DNA of 64,000 nucleotides from Candidatus Hermodarchaeota archaeon (GTDB taxonomy: Archaea > Asgardarchaeota > Lokiarchaeia > Sigyniarchaeales > SOKP01): the NCBI GenBank assembly GCA_048885525.1, contig JBHLLP010000015.1:6348-70347 (forward strand), in the 5' to 3' direction. The notes beneath the pieces were generated by a model, which saw nothing but the letters and a program-made list of their open reading frames with translations, ran no database searches and was not told the DNA's origin. Of this stretch, positions 28,895-36,901 are shown piece by piece. Each line of letters opens with the position of its first letter. The stretch's first letter is position 1. The translations under genes were made by a program, and so were the position numbers.

Positions 28895-29125
28895 ATGGCA
28901 TGGACCCCACCAAGTAAATTTATTGTAGTTTTAACCTTTCTTTTAATGGCCTTTGGAGTATTTATCCTACTTGATATGTCTGTTATATTTTGGAATGATC
29001 TTATATTACCTAGTGTCTATCTTCCTGGATTATCAAATTTCCAATCGTGGATGCTGATTGCTATGATATTATTCTTTTTCGCTTGGTTTCTATTTTTCCT
29101 CGGTGTAAAAGTAAAAGGTATGTGA
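28895..29125 (+). CDS. Small two-TM membrane protein, paralog 2
   Basis: MAWTPPSKF...GVKVKGM; GGTG RBS. Confidence 0.8.
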   Translation: MAWTPPSKFIVVLTFLLMAFGVFILLDMSVIFWNDLILPSVYLPGLSNFQSWMLIAMILFFFAWFLFFLGVKVKGM

Positions 29126-29263
29126 TTTATTAATTTTTAATCTCTTTTTTTTCATTTTTATTTGGAAATATCCCTTTTGAATCAGATTATTTCAGATTAT
29201 ATAAAATCTTTATTAATTTGACAATAAAATTTAAAACATTTCTAAAATTTCAAGAAAATGTTA

Positions 29264-29293
29264 TTACCGTAATTTATTAAGAAATTACGATAA
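29264..29293. promoter_or_regulatory. Inverted repeat overlapping the putative alba TATA box
   Basis: TTACCGTAATTT-attaag-AAATTACGATAA (11/12 arm match) around TTTATTAA. Confidence 0.5.
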
Positions 29294-29380
29294 AACTTCA
29301 ATACGTAATACGCAAACGCAAAAAAACTTAAAAAAGTAAGGAAATACAATAAAAATTAAAAAACAAATGAGGAAATTAAA

Positions 29381-29659
29381 ATGGCTAAGGAAGAAAACGC
29401 TGTGTTTGTTGGACGCCGTCCTACCATGAACTATGTGATGGCAACTATGATGATCCTTAATAAAGGTGAGGAATGTACCGTTAAAGCTCGAGGTAGAGCT
29501 ATTTCACATGCTGTTGATGTATGTGAAATTTTAAGAAATAGATTCCTAAAAGGTACAGAGTATAAAGACATCAAACTTTCCACAGAACAGCTTGAAGGAG
29601 AAAATGGGCAGAATAACAATGTTTCAAGCATTGAAATAGTACTTGCTCCTCCAAAATAA
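29381..29659 (+). CDS. albA: Alba chromatin protein
   Basis: [34 protein letters not shown]. Confidence 0.96.
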   Translation: MAKEENAVFVGRRPTMNYVMATMMILNKGEECTVKARGRAISHAVDVCEILRNRFLKGTEYKDIKLSTEQLEGENGQNNNVSSIEIVLAPPK

Positions 29660-29708
29660 ATAGTGAAATTAACTTTACTTCGCTGAATCAAAATAACACA
29701 ATTTTTAC

Positions 29709-29718
29709 TTTTTTTTTT
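29709..29718 (+). terminator. Oligo-T archaeal terminator after alba
   Basis: T10 run about 50 nt after the stop codon. Confidence 0.5.
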
Positions 29719-30078
29719 AATATTTTATTCTTAAATATTGTATTATCTTAACAATCTAATAACAATTTTAAGAAAAAAAACAAAAATATGACAATAAATT
29801 AATTAAATTTTGCTTGTGAAAGAATACGAGAAGCAATTTTATTAATCAGTTATTATTTCAAAAGATATTATCTTGTTAATATATCTTTTTATAGTTTATG
29901 AATGTCCCATTCTTGTCAGTTTCCTTGAAATATAAAGGAAATTATGATTTTTTTAGTAAAATCACAAACATTTAATAATACAGTTAGGAAAATAATAATT
30001 AACAAAACATTATTTATTTCAATTTTAAATCCTATTTTAAATAAATTTTTAAAAAATTCTAAAAGAGGAAGATAAAAA

Positions 30079-30279
30079 ATGGCGAAAAAAGCTGCAAAAT
30101 CTGAACCTTTGTTTGTAAAGTCAAAGGTTAGAGAATATATTAAAGGGAAAGGGTGTAATACTAGTAGTGGTGTCCTTGATGGGGACACTTTGAATGGACT
30201 CATTATGGAGATGTTAGATCACGCTGTAAGACGAGCACAAGCTAATAATCGAAAGACAGTAAAGGCAAGAGATTTATAA
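30079..30279 (+). CDS. Histone-fold protein, alpha3/face-to-face (Bd0055/HTkC-like) type with short Lys-rich N-tail
   Basis: LFVKSKVREYIK...NTS...AVRRAQANNRKTVKARDL ending right after RDL; GAGG RBS. Confidence 0.88.
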   Translation: MAKKAAKSEPLFVKSKVREYIKGKGCNTSSGVLDGDTLNGLIMEMLDHAVRRAQANNRKTVKARDL

Positions 30280-30298
30280 ATTCACTTGCCAACATAAC

Positions 30299-30309
30299 TT
30301 TTTTTTTTT
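30299..30309 (+). terminator. Oligo-T terminator after the histone gene
   Basis: T11 run between the convergent histone and rad50 genes. Confidence 0.55.
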
Positions 30310-30339
30310 ATTATCTATTTCTTTAAGAAATTATATTAT

Positions 30340-32433
30340 TTAGATAATTATTGAAGGTTTTTCAAACTTAGCTTGACTTATTCCAGTAGATAAGTCTTTT
30401 TCAACAATTATTTTAGATGTGGATATATCATGTGGAATTGCTGTATGAGTTATTAGAAAAATTTGAGAAAAAGATTTAGATTTAATCAAGTGTTTTAGAA
30501 TACGCTCTCTTCGAGTTTCGTCCAAAGCAGCTAAGGGTTCATCCAAAAGCAGAAAATTAACTTTGGGATTTCTTCTAGGGGAATCTTTAGTAGGACGAAT
30601 CGAACTCATTAATTCTGATATTGCAAGACGTAATGCAATTCCTAAAGCTGTTAGATCTCCACCTGAAAGAACCTCGGTTGATTCATATTCTCCATTATAA
30701 TTATCTCTGATTTTTAAAGACAAACCAGTTTTTCTCGTTCCGCTCAAATCAAGTAGTAAATCACTATATTGACCAGATGTAAAATCTTTAATATATTTAT
30801 CGGTAGTAAGAGCTATATTTTTCACTAAACGTTTTACAACCATATATTCAGTGACAAATCGCCGTACAAATTCTTTTGCTTTATTAATATGATCTATATC
30901 AACTTCATATTCTCCGATTTTTTTTTTTAAATCTTTCATTTTTTGAATTTCATTATGTAAAATTCCTATTCTTTCTTTATTACTTTGAAGTTTTAGCTGT
31001 TTTTCCTTAATATCATTTAAAAGAGCTTTTAACTCTGTAGAGAATTTTTCCTTTTCAATTGATAATTTTTTGATCCCTTCAATACTCGAGTCTTTAAATT
31101 TAGATCCATTTTTCGAGAGGAAATTATTTAACTCGATTTCAATTTCTTTTGATTCAGATTCATATTTTTTATAATTCTGGAAATCTTCTTTAAGACCTTG
31201 ATAAATTGTTGTATCTTCTTTGAATTTATCTAATCGCTCTTGAATTAATTTAATCTCTGTGTCAAAATTCGTTAAAATTTTAGTAATAGAATCAATCTTA
31301 TCTTGATTTATTTTAATTTCATCATTGAATTTCATAATCATTTCATCATAATGTTCTTTTGTTAACTCATTTTGACAAGTTGGACATTGTGCAATTTCTT
31401 TTCCCTCTTTCATTTTCGTAAACTTTAAACTTTTCTCCATTTTTTTCATAGATTTTTTTATATCTTCTATTCTTCCCTTCGTTTTCCCTAATCCTTTAAA
31501 TGTTGCCTTTCTTTTCTCCTCTAATTCATCTTTATTTCTTTTTAATATAATGTTTTTCTCTTTTAATGTACTGATTTTATGAATAATTGTATCTTGAGAA
31601 TCAAAATCATCAAAATTAAGATCTGTTTTCTTGATTTTTGCTTTAAAATCATTTTCATATGATAAATATTTATCATCTGCAATTGTCTTTTGATTATATA
31701 AATTTTCTAACTCTGAGATTAATTTATTTGAAGGAAAATCCTTAATTATCTGTTCATAATCTTCTTTTTTTTCCTTTTTTTCTGTGATTTGTTTTTGAAA
31801 TTGAACATTTTCTTTTTCAATACGGGTAATATCTTCATTAATTCGTTCAATTGGAACTCTTGATTTCTCAAGATTTTCTTTTTCATATTTCTTTCCTTTA
31901 GACTCACTATCTAAAAAATTAAGAGCATCATCAATTATATTTAACCGAAATAAGTCAATTAACATCTCTCGTAATTCCGCTCCCCTTTTGTTAGCCAATT
32001 CTTCTACTTCGCCTTGACGTACAAAGACAGTACTCATTGCTTGCTCTGAAGAAATTTCAAAAAATTTTTCGACATTAAAACGTTTTACTTCTTGATAAAT
32101 TGTTTTATTCTCTGGTAATTCGAATAGCTTTGTAATTATACTTCCTGTTCTACCCCATTTTCGATAAATATAATATTTTACTTTATCCAGTGTGAAATAC
32201 ACATAGATCTCTGACTTTTTGGCTCCATATGTTATAAATGAATCTGCATTTCTTCCTTTAAAGACCCTAGGTCCAAAAAATGCAAAAAGAATTCCCTCTA
32301 AGATAGTTGATTTGCCATATGAATTTTTCCCACTTATAAGAATTAGTCCTTCAGGTAATTCTTCAGCACCTTTAGGCAAGTTCAACTGTTTGTAACCCAT
32401 GAAATTTTTAAAAGTAAGCTTATTGATTAACAT
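30340..32433 (-). CDS. rad50: Rad50/SbcC SMC-like ATPase
   Basis: Walker A GKNSYGKST, Q-loop VRQGE, zinc hook CPTC, signature LSGGD, Walker B LLLDEP, ITH. Confidence 0.93.
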   Translation of the reverse strand: MLINKLTFKNFMGYKQLNLPKGAEELPEGLILISGKNSYGKSTILEGILFAFFGPRVFKGRNADSFITYGAKKSEIYVYFTLDKVKYYIYRKWGRTGSIITKLFELPENKTIYQEVKRFNVEKFFEISSEQAMSTVFVRQGEVEELANKRGAELREMLIDLFRLNIIDDALNFLDSESKGKKYEKENLEKSRVPIERINEDITRIEKENVQFQKQITEKKEKKEDYEQIIKDFPSNKLISELENLYNQKTIADDKYLSYENDFKAKIKKTDLNFDDFDSQDTIIHKISTLKEKNIILKRNKDELEEKRKATFKGLGKTKGRIEDIKKSMKKMEKSLKFTKMKEGKEIAQCPTCQNELTKEHYDEMIMKFNDEIKINQDKIDSITKILTNFDTEIKLIQERLDKFKEDTTIYQGLKEDFQNYKKYESESKEIEIELNNFLSKNGSKFKDSSIEGIKKLSIEKEKFSTELKALLNDIKEKQLKLQSNKERIGILHNEIQKMKDLKKKIGEYEVDIDHINKAKEFVRRFVTEYMVVKRLVKNIALTTDKYIKDFTSGQYSDLLLDLSGTRKTGLSLKIRDNYNGEYESTEVLSGGDLTALGIALRLAISELMSSIRPTKDSPRRNPKVNFLLLDEPLAALDETRRERILKHLIKSKSFSQIFLITHTAIPHDISTSKIIVEKDLSTGISQAKFEKPSIII

Positions 32434-32440
32434 CGATAAA

Positions 32441-33748
32441 CTATACCTCTTTTTCTTTTTCCATTATTCGTAATGCTTTTTTTAAAGCGCTCATCCCAAA
32501 TTCAGTTAACTTGTCTAGATTGTATTCTGTTTTATCTTCACTCAGTTTTTCTCTCACAAAAGTTTTAAATTCATCTTCTGGTTTTTCAAGAATATAATCC
32601 AAAATCAACCCCGTACTTATATCATCTTCTAAAGTTTCAGACATATCCGAGATTTTCCACAGTAATTGTAATATATTATGTTTATCTGGTTGAGAAAAAA
32701 TATTTCTTCTAATTTTCGACATCATTTCATTAATTTGCCAATTCCTTTCAAATGTCATCTCACCTTCAATATTTACTTTTAACCTAGCAGCTGTCTTATG
32801 ATTAAATTCTTCTTCTCCGATATGGCGTTTTAATTCATTCAAAACTTGATTTTCTATATCATTAATAGAATATTTAGCTTTAGCATCAATAACAATAATT
32901 TCAAATGGTCTAGTTAATAATTCATCTGTGGATACTCTATCCACAGTTAATTCTCTTGTACTTTTATCAATGTTAACAATCAGATAACCTTGATTTTCGT
33001 ATCTTTCTTTAAAATTCATTGGTAATAAACCTCCAGAATAGTAGTGATTTCTCGATAATTGCTTGAATCCATGCTCATGACCTAAAGCCACATAATCATA
33101 GCCAAAGTCATCGGAATTAACTTTGTTATGTAATGTATTGTCGCTAGCAGAGCCATGAGCTACAGCAATGTTAATATAATTATTATCTTTTGGTTGTTGA
33201 TTAATTATCCAATTGTCATAAGCAGATTGGTAAGTCTCAAAACTTTTAAATTCAAAATATGGAAATAAATAAAATCTTACTTTTTTATCAGGGAATTCCA
33301 ATGATAATGAACTATTTAATTTGATTGCTTCTATTAGATCTCTTTCTTTAAAGTAAAATAGATTTGGATATTGATCTTTATTAAGATGTGATTCTAAGGG
33401 CGTATACTCATATCCTCTAAAAATTCCATGATTTCCTTCGATATATATAAATGGAACTTGATTATTTGTTTTTTCGAAAAAGATTTTTAATCCCTTTATT
33501 AAGGTTCTTCTTGCTGGCTCAGGGGGTGGATATGAACTATATTTAGAAGGGTGATGAAAGATGTCTCCACAGTGAACTAAAAAATCAATGTCATTTATGT
33601 TAGATATTTCATCCATTACTGCCAAAAAGCAATCATAAATCTCTTGTTCATAAGGTTTTGAGTAATTATCAATTGCCCATTTGTTTATTGTACCTCTCCT
33701 CGCTCTATATCCAAGATGAGTATCTGCCATATGAATTAATTTTACCAT
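32441..33748 (-). CDS. mre11: Mre11/SbcD metallophosphoesterase nuclease
   Basis: HMADTHLG, GDIFH, GNHG, VAHG, YVALGHEH. Confidence 0.92.
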   Translation of the reverse strand: MVKLIHMADTHLGYRARRGTINKWAIDNYSKPYEQEIYDCFLAVMDEISNINDIDFLVHCGDIFHHPSKYSSYPPPEPARRTLIKGLKIFFEKTNNQVPFIYIEGNHGIFRGYEYTPLESHLNKDQYPNLFYFKERDLIEAIKLNSSLSLEFPDKKVRFYLFPYFEFKSFETYQSAYDNWIINQQPKDNNYINIAVAHGSASDNTLHNKVNSDDFGYDYVALGHEHGFKQLSRNHYYSGGLLPMNFKERYENQGYLIVNIDKSTRELTVDRVSTDELLTRPFEIIVIDAKAKYSINDIENQVLNELKRHIGEEEFNHKTAARLKVNIEGEMTFERNWQINEMMSKIRRNIFSQPDKHNILQLLWKISDMSETLEDDISTGLILDYILEKPEDEFKTFVREKLSEDKTEYNLDKLTEFGMSALKKALRIMEKEKEV

Positions 33749-33760
33749 TATATCACCTTT

Positions 33761-34939
33761 TTATTCTCCTAATACTTTATGCCTCCATGATTCAGAATAT
33801 TTTTTAGTTCTCTCATCAAATTTTAATTCCATAAACTTACTTTCTAATTTGTTATATTCAGAAACTAATAATGTACTTGCTTCGTGAGCTCCTTTTAAAC
33901 ATAAAGGATAACCTCTGGGGGAATAAGGCATTATATTCTGTAATATATATTTTGCATCTTTTGTATCTAAGAAATCTGGTATGTCAAATCTTAAAGCTGC
34001 GCTATTTTTTTGTATTCTAGCGATATATGCCTTACTTTTAGTATACGCTGAAAGGTCTGGCATTTCTACCAAAAAACTTTTTTCTTTCATAATTTCTGAC
34101 CAAATTGGCAAAATAAAATTACCTTGTGCATCCCTTAATCTACAAGTTTTGGAAATTGTATAATAATGTATATTATAAGATTCAACAAATTTAAAAAAGA
34201 ATTTAGTAAAAGCTTGCGGTGGAAAAATATGATGCCGAAACATTTGAATTCCATCACCTAGGAATACTACGTTTTCAACTTTTCCCCAATTACTTTCCTC
34301 TTTTATTCTTATAAGTGATTTCAAAATTTCATCAGCAGTTCTTATTCTATCAACTACATGCGCTATAGAAGGATAATAAAATGCATGGTTATCTATAGCA
34401 CTCTTTATTTTATTACTAAAAGTAGTTTCATACCATTCTTCTAATTCATCAATAAAATTTTTCAAATCTCCAATATAGAAGATCTTTTTAATTGTTTTAA
34501 CGAAATTTTCAATAACAGTTTGATAAATAATTAGTTTATGTTCGTTATCTTCAATATAAGTAGAAATTGGTTTATACATTATTTTTTCAATATTATACTT
34601 TCCATCTGTGAGAGTAACTTGACCTTCTCCAAACTTAAATGATCCTAATATAGCATAAGTTCCAGACTTTGTGTTTGAGCTCTCATCAAACCCGATAATT
34701 TTAAATCCCTTATCTACATAATCAATTAAACTTTCTTCAATTCTGATATAAGGCATTTCGCTAAAGTGGGCTCCTGTATTTCTGAGTTTTTCTTCAGCAC
34801 TACTAGTGGGATCGGGATCTTCTAACTCTTTTTTTTCTTCTTCTGTCCATGTAATCTTATTAGATTTTATAAATTCCTTAAATTGTTTAATGTCGGGATC
34901 AAAAGATCCTTCCGGTCTATTATTAATCGACTCTTCCAA
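33761..34939 (-). CDS. nurA: NurA-family 5'-3' nuclease (divergent)
   Basis: IGFDES, FLGDG, ISKT, RGYPLCLKGAHEAS; sits between herA and mre11; possible ATT start at 34966. Confidence 0.78.
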   Translation of the reverse strand: MEESINNRPEGSFDPDIKQFKEFIKSNKITWTEEEKKELEDPDPTSSAEEKLRNTGAHFSEMPYIRIEESLIDYVDKGFKIIGFDESSNTKSGTYAILGSFKFGEGQVTLTDGKYNIEKIMYKPISTYIEDNEHKLIIYQTVIENFVKTIKKIFYIGDLKNFIDELEEWYETTFSNKIKSAIDNHAFYYPSIAHVVDRIRTADEILKSLIRIKEESNWGKVENVVFLGDGIQMFRHHIFPPQAFTKFFFKFVESYNIHYYTISKTCRLRDAQGNFILPIWSEIMKEKSFLVEMPDLSAYTKSKAYIARIQKNSAALRFDIPDFLDTKDAKYILQNIMPYSPRGYPLCLKGAHEASTLLVSEYNKLESKFMELKFDERTKKYSESWRHKVLGE

Positions 34940-34993
34940 TGATATTAATTCAAAATCGAATGAAATTTAAATCACCCAATTTAATTATCAAAA

Positions 34994-36745
34994 TCAAGGT
35001 AGTCCTGTTGGTGGAGGACCTGGACTCATATCTTTCATTTTTTTAGAAAAATCTTCATAAAAGAATTTTGATTTAGTTTCAAAATAATCATCATATAGAG
35101 GAATTTTAAGTTTTTGGAAGTTAGTGAGCCAAATTCCTGAGATTAATGCAATTCCAACTGTACCAGTAAGAGATTCAAGATCACTTTGTTGAACTCCACC
35201 ACCAATACTCCGTGCAGCTACTTGTTTTTCTTTGTCAGATCTCAATGGTAAGTTAATTACAGTATTCATATTAGATAATATTGTGTCATCTATAGGGGAA
35301 TATTGTTGAGAAATAACTTCTAGAGCTAAATTAAACTTTCTTCCTTGACGAGAAATATCTTTGAACACATTACTAAATCTCATCATTTCAGGTCTCAATA
35401 TACTAGGTGCTTCTTCAATTGTAAATATAATTATGGGTAAATCAGTTGGGTCTTTAACTTCCTTTCCACTTTTGATGTATAATTTATCAATTGAGTTTTC
35501 ATAGTTTTTATAGAAATTTTCGGGTAATGTTTGTTTAAGTTTTGTTTTTAATGTGTTAATATCCGTAGATGATTTTAATGCCTTTCTAATATCAAAAAGG
35601 GTTCTAGCTAACACGCTATTGAACAAAAATTGCTCTAAATCTGAGATCATAGACACATTAAATATAATTATTCCACCTTTTTCTAGCTTTTTCACAATCT
35701 CTGGTAATTTGCTACTTGCATTAGATCGAAACATCTCAGAATATTCTAACCAAGCAAGTCTCCTTCTAACGGCTGCCATAGTAGCATCACTATGTCCTCC
35801 ACGTAAAGGAGAATATCCTTCTGTTAAAAGATTCTCAATATAATTTTCATGGTTCTCATTATATGCTGAATGAACAGCTCCTACTTGTAAATCATTAAAA
35901 GTTCCTGTCGCGTATAAGTCAACAGGTTTTATTTCTTGATAGTTAATAATACAAGGTTGAGCCATACTTTTTATTGGAGCCGGAGGTATTCCTTTATTAG
36001 GATAAAGATAAAACCAACTTCCAATAAGCTTTTTGTTATAATCTACGGCTTTGCAAATATCATTGACTCCATATTTTAAACATCCTAGAGCATATTCATC
36101 ATGCATATCAATCGCTAACATAGAGATTTTCGTTCCCTTTCCATTTAAAATAACATGGGCATTATGCTGCAAGAGACCATCAAGAAATACTTGGTTTAAA
36201 TTCGATTTCCCAGTACCTGTTGCTCCGGCAATGAAAAAATGATACATAAGATATTTATAGGGGAAATAGACATTTACATTGGCTTCGGAAGCCAATGAAC
36301 CCATATACACACCATCTGGAGTAAATATGGTCTCTAAATAGTCAGCTTTATCATCTTGAATTTCAGAGATTTCCATGGAATGGGGTTTTAATACTCCTTT
36401 TTCCATAATATCTTCAATAAGAAAGAAAACATTTGAAGTGAAATTATTTTCTTTTTTAGACTTTTTATCTCTCTCCGTGAGAATTATCGGGCGTCCTTGA
36501 ATCACATATTGTAATTCAGTCTCAAGCTCTGCGGTAATGTATTCTGTCATTTTAACATTCTTTAACTTTTGCCGAGTCATTATATAATCTTGAATAGTGT
36601 ATTCTTTTAGGATTTGGATTATTATTGTATAATCTTTTTTTTCAGTTTCATCTTTAGCCTCTAATTTAACAAACCCATGAAGATGTACATATTTCTCATG
36701 AAATATTTCAATAACACTTTCTGTTGGATTTATTCTAATTATCAT
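34994..36745 (-). CDS. herA: HerA/FtsK-family DNA translocase
   Basis: HFFIAGATGTGKS, IDMHDEY, IEEAP, RQGRKF..ISQ. Confidence 0.9.
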   Translation of the reverse strand: MIIRINPTESVIEIFHEKYVHLHGFVKLEAKDETEKKDYTIIIQILKEYTIQDYIMTRQKLKNVKMTEYITAELETELQYVIQGRPIILTERDKKSKKENNFTSNVFFLIEDIMEKGVLKPHSMEISEIQDDKADYLETIFTPDGVYMGSLASEANVNVYFPYKYLMYHFFIAGATGTGKSNLNQVFLDGLLQHNAHVILNGKGTKISMLAIDMHDEYALGCLKYGVNDICKAVDYNKKLIGSWFYLYPNKGIPPAPIKSMAQPCIINYQEIKPVDLYATGTFNDLQVGAVHSAYNENHENYIENLLTEGYSPLRGGHSDATMAAVRRRLAWLEYSEMFRSNASSKLPEIVKKLEKGGIIIFNVSMISDLEQFLFNSVLARTLFDIRKALKSSTDINTLKTKLKQTLPENFYKNYENSIDKLYIKSGKEVKDPTDLPIIIFTIEEAPSILRPEMMRFSNVFKDISRQGRKFNLALEVISQQYSPIDDTILSNMNTVINLPLRSDKEKQVAARSIGGGVQQSDLESLTGTVGIALISGIWLTNFQKLKIPLYDDYFETKSKFFYEDFSKKMKDMSPGPPPTGLP

Positions 36746-36901
36746 TTTTATCTTTATTCTTATCTCTTATGAACTAATAATATTATTCAATCTAAATAAA
36801 TAAAAAATTGTATTAATCCAAGCTTACATTTATTATTAAGTCTTTTGAACATATTATTTGTTGTTATAAATAAAATTCTAGGACCTAACAAATTTAGTAG
36901 T

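Noticed and set aside
29218-29231. TTGACAATAAAATT, also inverted at 55737-55750 and partly at 29789
   Set aside because: AT-rich 14-mer; such matches are expected by chance at this composition, and a bacterial -35-like TTGACA has no clear meaning in an archaeon
29916-30203. 95-aa minus-strand ORF overlapping the histone
   Set aside because: Antisense to the histone and runs into low-complexity AT-rich spacer
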